From Candidatus Poribacteria bacterium (GTDB lineage: Bacteria > Poribacteria > WGA-4E > WGA-3G): 64,000 nt of DNA. How positions within the stretch are numbered: position 1 is the first letter of the stretch; every line of letters starts with the position of its first letter. Position numbers and translations under genes: made by a program. The stretch covers positions 3,136,001 through 3,200,000 of the forward strand of contig OZ243938.1 of assembly GCA_965214095.1 (NCBI GenBank), written 5' to 3'. This document shows positions 10,970 through 22,800 of this stretch, in pieces. The notes below the pieces were generated by a model. It searched no databases. It had not been told where the DNA came from and was given only the letters and a program-made list of their open reading frames with translations.

Positions 10970-12340
10970 TTACAACACATGCACAGCACGACCATAAGCC
11001 GCCTCAGCAGACTCCATCACCATCTCAGACAACGTTGGATGTGCATGTACAGTATGCGCAATATCCATTGCAGACGCACCCAAGCGAATTGCAACCGCAG
11101 CCTCATGAATCAACGTTGAAGCATGCACCCCCACAATATGTACACCAAGAATATCACCACTATCTGCATCCGTGATTGTCTTCACAAATCCATCCGCTTC
11201 ACCCATACCTAACGCCATACCACTTGCCCCATAAGGAAATCTACCTATCTTAACCTCGTACCCCTCATCCATTGCCTCTTTCTCAGTCATTCCTGCATGT
11301 CCAATTTCAGGTAAAGTAAACACACACCACGGAATGACTTGGTAATCCATCTCAGTCGTTTCACCGAGGCAGTTTTGCGCTGCCACCTTTCCTTCCGCAG
11401 ATGCCACGTGTGCCAACAAATACCGACTTGCAACATCACCAACAGCATAAATCCCGGATACATTCGTTTTCATCTGTTCATTCACAATGATTTTACCATT
11501 CTCTGTGTGGACTCCCACCTTTTCTAACCCAATTCTCTCTGAATTATAACGCCTACCGATAGAAACAAGCATCTTTTCAGCAGTGAGTTTCTCACCAGAT
11601 TCAAGTACTGCCGTAACACCATTCTCCGATTTCTCAACACCGGTTATTTTCGCACCTGTCTGTATAGAGATACCTTTCCGCTTCATGAATAGTTGAATAT
11701 GCCGAACAACCTGAACATCTTCAGTAGCCAGAATTGTCGGAAGCAGTTCCAACACAGTCACTTTACAACCGAAAGCATTGAAAATAGAAGCGAATTCACA
11801 CCCAGAAACACCTCCACCAACAATAAGCAGACTTTCAGGGAGTTCCGTAAGTTCAAGAATACCTGTCGTAGTCAGGACATCCGTTTCATCAATTTCAAAG
11901 ATAGGTGGCTCAGCAGGTTCCGACCCAGTAGCAAGAATGACGTTTTTCACTTTGACCTGTTCAGTTGTGCCATCTGCTTTTTTCACGGAGACTGCATCTT
12001 TGTCTGTTAGAGTAGCCTCACCATTTATGGTATGTATTTTGTTTGCCTTCAAAAGTTGCCCAATCCCACCTGTCAACTTCTGAATAACTTCTGTCTTATG
12101 TGAATATGCCTGTGAATAATCAACGGCTATGTCAGGAATATTGAGGGCAGGCGTGTGTTGAACTTGTTCAGCAAGATGTGCAATAGAAAAGAGGGTCTTC
12201 GTCGGAATACACCCCCTATTGAGACAGGTTCCACCCCACTCTCCGCTTTCTATAAGACACACGGTGCCACCCATTTGTGCTGCTCTGATAGCAGCAACAT
12301 AACCACCAGGTCCCCCACCTATAATTCCAACATCATACAT
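10970..12340 (-). CDS. lpdA: Dihydrolipoamide dehydrogenase
   Basis: GGGPGGYVAAIRAAQ, GGTCLNRGCIPTK, HAHPTLSE. Confidence 0.95.
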   Translation of the reverse strand: MYDVGIIGGGPGGYVAAIRAAQMGGTVCLIESGEWGGTCLNRGCIPTKTLFSIAHLAEQVQHTPALNIPDIAVDYSQAYSHKTEVIQKLTGGIGQLLKANKIHTINGEATLTDKDAVSVKKADGTTEQVKVKNVILATGSEPAEPPIFEIDETDVLTTTGILELTELPESLLIVGGGVSGCEFASIFNAFGCKVTVLELLPTILATEDVQVVRHIQLFMKRKGISIQTGAKITGVEKSENGVTAVLESGEKLTAEKMLVSIGRRYNSERIGLEKVGVHTENGKIIVNEQMKTNVSGIYAVGDVASRYLLAHVASAEGKVAAQNCLGETTEMDYQVIPWCVFTLPEIGHAGMTEKEAMDEGYEVKIGRFPYGASGMALGMGEADGFVKTITDADSGDILGVHIVGVHASTLIHEAAVAIRLGASAMDIAHTVHAHPTLSEMVMESAEAAYGRAVHVL

Positions 12341-12596
12341 AACCTTATCAACTCCTAATTTTGAATGAATACAATTCTAACACAACAAATTAGGCGTGTC
12401 AAGGCAGCCTTCAATTGTCCTCTTGTTGGAGGGTTTCTAACCCTGATTGATAGCAAAATGATAGAATACAACGAAACAATATCATTTCTAATAGGTAATC
12501 TTTTATTGATAAACGCCATTCATAAAAGGGTAACGATTAAGCACCAACCCTTATCCGCGTAATCTGTGTAATCCGCGATTCAGAAACAAATTATTC

Positions 12597-12625
12597 TTGA
12601 CGATTCAACGATTTTAGGATATACT
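12597..12625 (+). promoter_or_regulatory. Putative sigma70 promoter for gltB
   Basis: TTGACG-17 bp-TATACT. Confidence 0.6.
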
Positions 12626-12761
12626 TTAACTTGTGAATAGAGTTAACCTAAGGAGAAAATAGTTATATTTATTACCTGACGGTATCCAAACTATTGTTAT
12701 ATCGGCTTATATATTAGATCATATTATTTAACGGATACCGACAGTCTTGATTACTTGGAGT

Positions 12762-15700
12762 ATGAGTTTACAAATGCACGAACATTTATATGAGAAAGAT
12801 GCTTGTGGGGTAGGTTTTATAGCAAATCGTTCAGGCAATCGAAGTCACGCAATCCTGGAGATGGCAATACAAGCGGTCACAAATTTGACACACCGAGGCG
12901 CAGTCGCTGCTGATGCAAAAACAGGCGATGGAGCAGGTATCCTCACACAGATCCCAGAGAAATTATTTACAAAAGAATTACACAGAGTCGGAGCACGGAT
13001 AGATTCGATTGATGACCTTGCAGTTGGGACCATTTTCCTATCAAAGAATGACCCAGTAGCACAAGAACGTAGTCAGAAAATCGTAGAAGACATTTTACAC
13101 CAGTACGGATTCCCACTACTTAGATGGCGTTCCGTTCCTATTGATGATTCCGCACTTGGAGAAAAAGCATTGGCAACATCGCCATTGATTCAGCAGGTGC
13201 TTATTGGAAGACCGAACCATATTACTCTTGACAATTTTGAGAGACGACTCTATCTTATTTGTAAGGAAATTGAACATCAGGTCACAGAAGAGCAACTTCC
13301 AGATTTTCATATCGCCTCATTCTCACACCGCACCATTGTATATAAGGGACTCCTTGTTGCCCCACAATTGGCAATGTTTTATTCTGATCTTTGCAATGAT
13401 GATTTTGAAGCATCCTTAGCGGTTTTTCACCAGCGTTACAGCACGAATACTTCATCAACATGGCCCCTTGCCCAGCCGTTCCGTATGCTCGCACATAACG
13501 GTGAGATTAACACCTTGATGGGAAATAGAAATTGGATGCGCGCACGTGAAGCAGAATTGTCTTCACCTATATGGAAAGAGGATATAAAAAAACTTACACC
13601 GATTATCAATCCTTATGGAAGCGATTCTATGAGTTTGGATAACGCATTGGAACTATTGACACATTCTGACCGAAGCATCCTCCATTCAATGATGTGTCTA
13701 ATACCAGAAGCTTATGAACAGATACCAGATATGTCCGAGGAACTGAAAACCTGCTATCAATACCTCTCTTGCGTTAGCGAACCTTGGGACGGTCCGGCTG
13801 CTGTTGCGTTCACTGATGGAGTTATTGTCGGAGCAGGTTTGGATAGAAACGGACTAAGACCCGCACGATATAAAGTAACCGATGATGGTCTCGTTGTCAT
13901 GGGATCTGAAGTTGGTATCATTGAATTGGATGACAGTCGTGTTGTCAGAAAAGGAAGATTAGGTCCAGGTCAAATGATTGCTGTTGATACATTACGTAGT
14001 GAATTACTATTGGATGTAGAGATTAAAAATGAGGTGGCACATCATAAACCCTATGCAAAATGGATCAATCAGCGCACACATTTAAGCGACCTAAATCCTC
14101 AGGCTCCCGGCACCATTACACCCATTCCAGATGATCTTCAAACGCAACAAAAGGCGTTTGGTTATATGACAGAAGATGTTGAACGATTTATAAAACCGAT
14201 GGTCCTTCAAGCGAAAGAATCAGTTGGTTCTATGGGAGATGATACACCGCCTGCTGTTATTTCACGAAATCCACGATTACTTTATCACTATTTTAAGCAG
14301 CTGTTCGCACAAGTTACTAATCCCGCAATTGACTCACTTAGAGAACGACTGGTAATGTCTCTAACGACCTATCTCGGTAAACGACACAGCCTTCTAACAG
14401 AGACCGAACACCACGCAAAAGTAATCCGATTGACTTCACCTATTTTGACAAACGAAGAATTAGAGGTTTTGAAAACACAAGACTCACCGGACTTCAAACA
14501 TGCTACAATACCTGTTTGCTTCCGTGTTTCATCTGGACCACAAGGATTGGAACAGGCACTTGACACTTTATGTGAAAATGTTTTAGATGCTGTATCTGCT
14601 GGAAACACACTATTAGTCTTGACTGATAAGGATGTTAATCCTGAATCCGCTCCGATTCCAATGCTTCTTGCTGTGGGAGTGGTACATCATCATCTCATCA
14701 GAGAAGGCAAACGGATGCAAGTCAGTCTCATCATTGAAGCAGGAGACCCTCGTGAAGAGCATCATTATGCTGTGCTACTCGGATATGGTGCTGATGCTAT
14801 CAATCCTTACCTTGCATTTTCTACGATTGCTCAACTTGCTGAAAATGATGAATTTGAAGAACTTAACACAGAACAAGCGATCAATAACTATAAAGAAGCA
14901 GTGGAAAAAGGTATTTTAAAAATTATGGCAAAGATGGGGATTTCCACAGTCTCAAGTTACCGCGGCGCACAGATTTTTGAGGCAATCGGCATCAATTCCT
15001 CAGTTATTGATAGATGTTTTACAGGCACTCCTTCAAGGTTAAGTGGAATCGGTTTTGAACATATCGCTGCTGAAACACTACATTTCCATACAAAGGCTTT
15101 TGGAGGAACGGACGACAGACGAACTTTACAAGAAGCAGGTTATTTCAGATTTCGTAGAAACGGTGAATTTCACGCATTTAACCCAACTGTATTCAAGGCA
15201 ATGCACAAATTCGTCAAGAGCGGTGATGCTGAAGATTATGCACAATATGCCGAAGCAGTGGAAGAGGGCGATCCATCCAGTCTACGCGATTTACTTGCAT
15301 TCAAACCGAGTACACCCATTCCCATAGAGGAAGTTGAACCAGCAGAAGATATTGTCAGACGTTTTACCACCGGAAGTATGTCTTTTGGGGCATTAAGCCG
15401 AGAAACACACGAAACTTTGGCTATCGCAATGAACAGACTTGGCGCAAAATCTGGAAGTGGTGAAGGCGGTGAAGACACGGGACGTTTTGTTCAACAACCA
15501 AATGGTGATCTCGCGTCAAGTGCATTAAAACAGGTTGCCTCCGGACGATTCGGTGTAACCCCACAATATCTCGCCTCAGCACGTGAGTTAGAGATTAAAA
15601 TGGCTCAAGGGTCTAAGCCTGGAGAAGGTGGACAAATTCCCGGCCATAAAGTAACACTTGAAATTGCAAAGATTCGGCACTCCATTCCGGGTGTCCCTCT

Positions 15701-17264
15701 AATCTCACCACCGCCACATCATGATATCTATTCAATTGAAGACCTCGCACAATTAATCTATGACCTCAAACAAGTTAACCCACGCGCGAAAGTTGCTGTA
15801 AAACTCGTATCTGAGTTTCTAATCGGAACAATCGCTTCTGGTGTCGCAAAGGGATATGCAGATGTTATCCAAATAAGTGGACACGAAGGCGGTACTGGTG
15901 CCTCTCCTCTGAGTTCCATCAAAAACGCTGGCACGCCATGGGAACTCGGTCTTGCAGAGACACAGCACCGACTCGTTGAAAATGAACTACGCGACCGTGT
16001 TGTCCTCCGAGTTGATGGTGGGATGCGTTCAGGACGCGACATCGTTATCGCAGCTATGTTGGGGGCAGAGGAATATGGATTCGGTACTTCAGCAATGGTT
16101 GCGACAGGATGTGTCATGGCGCGTCAATGCCATCTAAACACTTGTCCTGTAGGTGTTGCCACGCAAGACCCAGCACTCCGAGCAAAATATCCAGGCACTC
16201 CTGAAATGGTCGTCAACTTTATGCTCGGAGTAGCAAATGAGGTACGTACTATTCTCGCGACTTTAGGACACAAATCCCTAAATGATATTATTGGTCGTCC
16301 AGAATTGTTACAACCCGCAGACTTAGTTGACTATCCCAAAGCTGCAACCCTTGACCTAACAGAGATCCTCTCACCCGCAGATGCCACAGGTGAGAGTCCA
16401 CGTTACCATCTGCACGAGCGGAACAATCGTGTAGATATACCATTAGATGACCAAATTCTGGTTGATGCAGCCACTGCAATCGAAAAGAGGGAACCTATTC
16501 AACTTTCATACAATATACGGAATACACACCGAACTGTTGGGGCAAAATTATCAGGGGAAATTGCATTTCAATATGGGGATACACTATTACCGAAAGAGAC
16601 AATACGATGCCACTTTAAAGGCAGTGCAGGACAGAGTTTCGGGGCATTTTGTATTAGTGGACTACAACTTGTTTTAACCGGTGAAGCAAATGACTATGTT
16701 GGAAAAGGTATGGCAGGCGGAGTAATTGTCATCAAACCTTTATCTGACGCGCGTTTCAAATCACATGAGAATACTATCATCGGTAACACTGTGCTATATG
16801 GAGCAACAAGCGGATCATTATATGCCGCTGGAAGAGCGGGAGAACGTTTCTGTGTACGAAATAGTGGAGCAACAGCTGTCGTGGAAGGTGTCGGCGACCA
16901 TGGATGTGAATATATGACTGGTGGCACTATAGTGATATTAGGAGAAACAGGACGAAACTTTGGTGCAGGTATGACAGGTGGTGCAGGTTACGTCCTTGAT
17001 GAAAACCAACAATTTGAAAATAAGATAAACCCACAACTCATTAAGTTAGAACGTGTAACTGAGAAGGTAGACGAGGATACGTTAGTAGAGTTGATACAAA
17101 AGCATCTTGAGTTGACAGATAGTCGTCGTTCTGAACAGATCCTTGCCAACTGGGATGTATTCTTACCACTATTCTGGAAGATAATCACGCCACCACCGCC
17201 ACCACCACCAGCACCAACGAGACGTGTCCGTAAGAGAACACCCAGAAAAAAATCTGAAAGTTAA
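12762..17264 (+). CDS. gltB: Glutamate synthase large subunit
   Basis: EKDACGVGF, HQRYSTNT, EIKMAQGSKPGEGGQ, CVMARQCHLNTCPVG; start at 12762 or 12774. Confidence 0.97.
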   Translation: MSLQMHEHLYEKDACGVGFIANRSGNRSHAILEMAIQAVTNLTHRGAVAADAKTGDGAGILTQIPEKLFTKELHRVGARIDSIDDLAVGTIFLSKNDPVAQERSQKIVEDILHQYGFPLLRWRSVPIDDSALGEKALATSPLIQQVLIGRPNHITLDNFERRLYLICKEIEHQVTEEQLPDFHIASFSHRTIVYKGLLVAPQLAMFYSDLCNDDFEASLAVFHQRYSTNTSSTWPLAQPFRMLAHNGEINTLMGNRNWMRAREAELSSPIWKEDIKKLTPIINPYGSDSMSLDNALELLTHSDRSILHSMMCLIPEAYEQIPDMSEELKTCYQYLSCVSEPWDGPAAVAFTDGVIVGAGLDRNGLRPARYKVTDDGLVVMGSEVGIIELDDSRVVRKGRLGPGQMIAVDTLRSELLLDVEIKNEVAHHKPYAKWINQRTHLSDLNPQAPGTITPIPDDLQTQQKAFGYMTEDVERFIKPMVLQAKESVGSMGDDTPPAVISRNPRLLYHYFKQLFAQVTNPAIDSLRERLVMSLTTYLGKRHSLLTETEHHAKVIRLTSPILTNEELEVLKTQDSPDFKHATIPVCFRVSSGPQGLEQALDTLCENVLDAVSAGNTLLVLTDKDVNPESAPIPMLLAVGVVHHHLIREGKRMQVSLIIEAGDPREEHHYAVLLGYGADAINPYLAFSTIAQLAENDEFEELNTEQAINNYKEAVEKGILKIMAKMGISTVSSYRGAQIFEAIGINSSVIDRCFTGTPSRLSGIGFEHIAAETLHFHTKAFGGTDDRRTLQEAGYFRFRRNGEFHAFNPTVFKAMHKFVKSGDAEDYAQYAEAVEEGDPSSLRDLLAFKPSTPIPIEEVEPAEDIVRRFTTGSMSFGALSRETHETLAIAMNRLGAKSGSGEGGEDTGRFVQQPNGDLASSALKQVASGRFGVTPQYLASARELEIKMAQGSKPGEGGQIPGHKVTLEIAKIRHSIPGVPLISPPPHHDIYSIEDLAQLIYDLKQVNPRAKVAVKLVSEFLIGTIASGVAKGYADVIQISGHEGGTGASPLSSIKNAGTPWELGLAETQHRLVENELRDRVVLRVDGGMRSGRDIVIAAMLGAEEYGFGTSAMVATGCVMARQCHLNTCPVGVATQDPALRAKYPGTPEMVVNFMLGVANEVRTILATLGHKSLNDIIGRPELLQPADLVDYPKAATLDLTEILSPADATGESPRYHLHERNNRVDIPLDDQILVDAATAIEKREPIQLSYNIRNTHRTVGAKLSGEIAFQYGDTLLPKETIRCHFKGSAGQSFGAFCISGLQLVLTGEANDYVGKGMAGGVIVIKPLSDARFKSHENTIIGNTVLYGATSGSLYAAGRAGERFCVRNSGATAVVEGVGDHGCEYMTGGTIVILGETGRNFGAGMTGGAGYVLDENQQFENKINPQLIKLERVTEKVDEDTLVELIQKHLELTDSRRSEQILANWDVFLPLFWKIITPPPPPPPAPTRRVRKRTPRKKSES

Positions 17265-17512
17265 TACCCAAGACAATAGATAGAGACAAGAATCTTTTCA
17301 AAGAAGAGCATACCATCAATGAAATTGTTGGTTCGTAGTCGCGCAATTCACTACGTCTCAGACATCCCAGTTCAATGACAATTTCATGCATAACATTAAT
17401 TCTATAAAAGCATAAACCTCTAATTGAGATCTCAATTAGAGGTTTATATGTAATCATTTCCAAGGTTAGTTGTTTTCAGCAGTGTAAGACCAATCTTTCA
17501 GCATCATGCTGG

Positions 17513-17953
17513 TCAGTTGGTTCCTCCACCACCTTCTTCATCAGCAACAGCAAAGGCAACTTCAAGTCCTTCAACCTTAGACGACCGCAACTTTGCCCGT
17601 TCAACAACATCAATCACGCGTCCGTGCTTGGCACGTTTGTCCGCTTTAATGATAAGAGTGCTAATCTTGTGTTCATGGGCAGCTATAAAAAGTCCTACCT
17701 CTTCCAAAGTTTGCATCTCTCGATCATCAATCGCTATACGACCATCACTGCTGATAAACAGGTTATATTTTTTTCTTGGAAACTCGTGTTCCGTTGTGGA
17801 ATCCGGTAGAGTAACACTGAATGGCGGGGGAACCCGCATAATGGCTGAGACCATGAAGAAAATGAGTAATAAAAACACACAGTCAATCATAGGAGCCATT
17901 GGAATATCATCATCACTACCAGTATTCCGTCTGCGTCTCATTTGGAGAGCCAT
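17513..17953 (-). CDS. exbD: ExbD/TolR-family protein
   Basis: MAPMIDCVFLLLIFFMV TM motif, IIKADK; ATG at 17953 after AAGGAG. Confidence 0.9.
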   Translation of the reverse strand: MALQMRRRRNTGSDDDIPMAPMIDCVFLLLIFFMVSAIMRVPPPFSVTLPDSTTEHEFPRKKYNLFISSDGRIAIDDREMQTLEEVGLFIAAHEHKISTLIIKADKRAKHGRVIDVVERAKLRSSKVEGLEVAFAVADEEGGGGTN

Positions 17954-17994
17954 ATCTATTCTCCTTTTATAGAAATGAAATCTGATTAACCACT

Positions 17995-18444
17995 TCAATC
18001 TCGCGCAGCAATGGCAAATCCAATTTTATCAATACCTGCATCTTTTGCTACATCCATCACCCGCACAATCTGTTCATGTAGAACATCACGTTGGGATTGA
18101 ATAATAAGCATAGTTTTCTGTTCTTCAGGTGCATTGAGAAGCATGCCAAACATTTCGTCAAATTGCACAACTGACCCATTCAAAAGCATCGTACCAGCTT
18201 TATCACTGACAGTAGGATTGTCAATCTTGACGACGAGCCCCTTCGGTTTCTCCTTTGAAGGAGGACCCGGAGGCGGAAGTTGCACACGAATACCCGGCAT
18301 CGGGGCAAATGTCGTTGACACCATGAAGAAAATCAGGAGCAGGAACACACAATCAATCATTGGAGCCATACTGAGCGTCGGCGGTTTACGTTCGCGTATT
18401 CGCGTTGCCATAAGGCTTAATTTGGCTTCACCAAGTTGTTGCAT
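17995..18444 (-). CDS. exbD: ExbD/TolR-family protein (paralogue)
   Basis: MAPMIDCVFLLLIFFMV, VRVMDVAKDAGIDKIGFA. Confidence 0.9.
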   Translation of the reverse strand: MQQLGEAKLSLMATRIRERKPPTLSMAPMIDCVFLLLIFFMVSTTFAPMPGIRVQLPPPGPPSKEKPKGLVVKIDNPTVSDKAGTMLLNGSVVQFDEMFGMLLNAPEEQKTMLIIQSQRDVLHEQIVRVMDVAKDAGIDKIGFAIAARD

Positions 18445-18499
18445 TTCAAATTCTCCCTATAGTTAGACATAAGCGAGGAATATGCCTCGCTTGTTGTAA

Positions 18500-19567
18500 T
18501 TAAGCGTTCGCATCGCCAACAATCAATTGGTTAACGATTTCTGTGGATACCTGGGAGATTTCAACCATATGCCTATTAACCCAACTGTCAAACAATTGGA
18601 AGAAAATCAGACACGGAATAGCAACTGTCAAACCACCAGCGGTTGTGAGGAGTGCCTGTGAGATACCACCAGCAAGTTGTTGCGGATCACCTGTACCTTC
18701 AAGAGCAATCGTGGTAAACGCAGTAATCATACCCGTAACAGTACCGAGCAAACCAAAGAGCGGTGAAACAACTGCGACCGTTCCAAGCACCGGAAGATTT
18801 CGTTCTAACTCAGGAATTTCAAGGAGGCTTGCTTCTTCAATGGCTTCCTGAATTTCTTCTTTTGTAATATCTCTCTCTTCTATCTGAGCTTGGCTATATC
18901 TGAGCAGGCCGGCTTTCAATACGTTAGCAAGAGGTCCACCTGCTTCTTCACAAGTTGAGACGGCTTCCATTATGTTCTCTTTCCGTAATGAATCAGCGAT
19001 ACTTGCAATGAACTGCTCTGTTCCAATTCGTGAGCGACTACGAACAAAAGTGAAAAGTCTTTCAATAATGAAAGTAAGCGCGACAATAGAGCAAATCGCT
19101 AACGGATAAAAAACAAATCCAAACTTCATGAAAAAGGAGATAATATTATCCTTTTCTCTCATTTTAATACGGTCAAAGATTTCACCGCCAGCAGCAACAA
19201 CCTTTGACTTACCAATGCGATCTCCATAACCTTCTTTCGCTACACTAATAGTGTAACGTCCAGCGGGAAGTCCGGTTTTTTCATAGGCACCTTGATCATC
19301 TGTAGTTACTAAATACTCTTGACCACTACCAGCATCAACGATCTTTACAGAAACGCCTTCTATAGGATTCTGCTCAGCGGAAGTATCAATAACTTCTCCC
19401 TTAATCGTCGCATTACCACCCATGCTGTCAACGCCTTCATCTGCAGCCTCATCGCCTGAGACATCTACACTCGGTGCTTCAACCGGTTCTTCTTCTTGTG
19501 CTATTACAATGCTAGTAGCCATGAAAACACAAGCGACTAACATTAAAAGTAAACTTAAACGAGTCAT
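18500..19567 (-). CDS. exbB: MotA/TolQ/ExbB proton channel with an extra N-terminal carboxypeptidase-regulatory-like beta domain
   Basis: SPLFGLLGTVTGMI, GGISQALLTTAGGL; signal peptide plus TTDDQGAY..GLPAGRYTISVAKEGY. Confidence 0.88.
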   Translation of the reverse strand: MTRLSLLLMLVACVFMATSIVIAQEEEPVEAPSVDVSGDEAADEGVDSMGGNATIKGEVIDTSAEQNPIEGVSVKIVDAGSGQEYLVTTDDQGAYEKTGLPAGRYTISVAKEGYGDRIGKSKVVAAGGEIFDRIKMREKDNIISFFMKFGFVFYPLAICSIVALTFIIERLFTFVRSRSRIGTEQFIASIADSLRKENIMEAVSTCEEAGGPLANVLKAGLLRYSQAQIEERDITKEEIQEAIEEASLLEIPELERNLPVLGTVAVVSPLFGLLGTVTGMITAFTTIALEGTGDPQQLAGGISQALLTTAGGLTVAIPCLIFFQLFDSWVNRHMVEISQVSTEIVNQLIVGDANA

Positions 19568-19804
19568 TCGTTCGGGTTCTCCTTTAGTTAAGTTTTATGC
19601 CAATTCGGCAGTAATTTCTATTATAAATCATTAAATCGAAAAACATGATAAACACATTTTCAAACTTGCAACAGTTTATACTCTGATTCTGAATTATCAA
19701 CACCTGAACGCTTTAAAAGTTACGGTTTGTTCAGAATTCTGCTTTGTATTAAGGTTATATACCTATACAACAAACACATGCACTAACTAACTTAATTCAT
19801 AAAG

Positions 19805-19838
19805 TTTGTTGGACCCAGAGAAACTGAGTCCAACAAAC
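19805..19838 (-). terminator. Hairpin after the 1110-aa gene
   Basis: TTTGTTGGAC...GTCCAACAAA inverted repeat. Confidence 0.5.
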
Positions 19839-19853
19839 CACTAATGAACTTAG

Positions 19854-22800
19854 TTAGAATCCCATCATTGCTCGCACAAATGTAGTATTACTGGTTGTGT
19901 TCTTGAGTAGGATCGTAGTCCTGCGGTAACCCGCCAAGATGACGATATTGAAACCGAGCCATTCACCTCTATTAATAGCTTGGATTTCAAAAATTCGCTT
20001 CCGCAAATCAGGACGATAGCGGATTGGCACCGATTCATCTGGACCGAAAACAGCCAGATAGTTCTTGAAGTTCTTATCTCGGTTGGTAAACTTCCGATAT
20101 TGGAATCCACCCAGAATATTCACTTTTGGAGTAAATTGGTAATCAAGGCGAACACCAAGAACATCTTCTCGACTTCTACGGTTGAAACGGAGATATTCAA
20201 CTGGTTCGTCGTCTGTTGGAACAAAGTGCCGTGAATTTAGGACTTCGCCGATTTCTTCAGCAGTTCTGTCAAACGCACGATCCCAAATATACTTAACCAT
20301 TGGTGTCAGTGTCAAATCTTCACCGATCCTGTCCACATACGGAAGGTCACCAAGTGGAATTTCATATTTGGCTTTGAGAATAACCTGTTGACTCCGGATG
20401 TTCCGTTCCGGATAACGACGCAAATTCCAATTGTTGATATCGTAAATGAGACCAGTGTCGCCTGGGTCAAGTGCGTTTATACCATGATCAGGATAAAACG
20501 GGAAGTCCCGTCTGTCACCACTCGTTCGCACCTGTTCATCAGGAACAAGAAAATCAACACGTTCATCCGGTTCAAATAACTCCGCCCCAGCATCATACTC
20601 TACATCTAAGAAAACTGCTTCTTCTTCATCAAGTTCAAATTGCTTCTGCAATACGACCAAAAGCTTGGTTTCCAACGTGAGATTAGGGACAGCAGTATAG
20701 AGGAACTGCAAGGTTGTTGTATTTACACGGGCATTGTAGTAATCAAGTTCGTCTTCAGTCTGTTCAGCTTCCAATTCACCAACCTGTAAGGTAATGGTGT
20801 AATCAGGAATATCGTCACGGACTCGAACGAAACGGTTTTGGAAAAGGATTGTTCCAAAATCTGGAATATCCCGTTGGTAGGTCACATGTAGATATTTGGA
20901 ATCATTTTGCCTACGACTTGAGACTTCGTTTTCATTCAACCAACCCACTTGAAGAGACAAATTATCAAGTAAATCATATTCTGCTTTAAGATGATAACCT
21001 TCTCTGTCAATGCCGTATTCATACTGTGGTTCAAAATCATCCTCAAGTGAATCAATTGTTCCATTATTATTTAAGTCAATCAAATCAGTAAAGACAGGGG
21101 GATCAGCCTCAAAGATTAGGAAATCTTCTTGATAATCTAAGATACCGTTCTGGTCTCTATCATCAGCACGTGGTAGGACATTATCAAAGTCAATGTCATC
21201 TGGCCAATCGTCGTCATCGTCATCATCCTCAATGAGTGCATAATGAGGTTCATCCCATGGATTAGCGTCAAGTGATGGTCCAGAGGGAGGAATGGTATAA
21301 GTCTGATCACGGTCTATATTTGCCCCGAAGTTCAGGTATGTAGTTGTGTAACCAGGATCAATGTGGTATAACACACCCTCAAGGTAGAGTTTTCCAAAAC
21401 GTGATTTGAGTTGGACAAACCATGCGGATTCTCTGCCTAACATTCCATCGCCATCTACATCTGTTCCATCTCCACCCAGCATTGCTTCAAACCGTTCTCC
21501 CTCTGCCTCTGAGTAGGTAGGTATACCATTTGGGTCGGTCACGAGACCATCAGCCCCAACAGTTACATTAGTAGTTTCTTCACCGTCCTCAGTAACGATA
21601 ACGGATCTGACACGGCTAAACCCTACTTGATCTTTAGGAATAGTAGGATACTGTTTGTATTTGCCGTTAATAGAATAGTGTGCTCTGACAAAAACATTTC
21701 CAACTGTTCCTTCCAAATCTAAACCATAGAGAAGTGCTGCACGTGCAGCACCATAGCGATATTGGACTTTTCTCGGTCTTCCTTCACCTTCCCAGGCAGC
21801 AGGATTGTCTAAAAGAGCTGCTCGATTATCAGTATAATCTGAAGATTGTCCGTAGTTCCCTGGTGCCTCAATGATGTCACGATATGGCATTTGGATGTGA
21901 CCGTCTTCAGTCTTAATCCATTCTTGAATATCCGCATCTGACTCAGCAAGGTTAGCTTCACTTGTACCAATTACAGCAATGTTATAGTCACCAGCAACGA
22001 TCATATCAAAAACGACATCTTTTACTGTGCGTGGATCAATGTCATGCTGTTCAAATACCAAGTCATATCTCATCTTATTGAAACCATCAGCGATCTTCCA
22101 TTCTCCATCAACGGAATCACGAATTTGATCAACAGAAGGATCTACGGGTTGAATTTCGTCTGTAAACACATCAATTTCTATTTTTTCTTCGGGTAGCAGA
22201 TTCGGTTCAATACCTTCAGCTAAGTCTTCAGCAGGTAGATCTTCAAGAGATTGTGTAATGACCGTAATTTTCATGGACTTGACAGCTGCACCTACACCCC
22301 CTTGAAATCTGTCCTCAAGTATATTTTGGAGTTCATCTGGCGAAAGCCCTCTACGGTCATTCGTATTAATAAAGGTTTCGTATAGATGATTGTCTTCAGG
22401 AGAGTCATCACGGAAAACAACCGTAATGCTTTCTGGTGGGGTATTCGCAACTGTCCCCATCAACGGGTTTTCCACACGTTCCGGGTGTTCTTTATGCAAG
22501 TTGACATAAGTGAACCCAATACGGAAAATGTCTCCTAATAGTCCTTGTGCACGGAAACCAATAAGACGAGCATTCTCAATGTGTCGAACACCCGCATCAT
22601 CGTTCAAACCATTTCGACGACCAAGCGTCGGAGCAAGGTTAGCGTTCTGGTCTGGCAAATAAATGGGGTTGGAGATACGTGAGTTAATTAGGGTAAAAAG
22701 GTGACGCTCTTGCGAAAATGAGATGTCCCACCTGAATCCATCAAATTCAGTTTTGTAGATCGCATATCTATTAGGGAATAAGGTAGATGGTTTGAGACGA

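Noticed and set aside
12365-12562. 65-aa ORF between lpdA and gltB
   Set aside because: Lies in a divergent promoter region with no coding features
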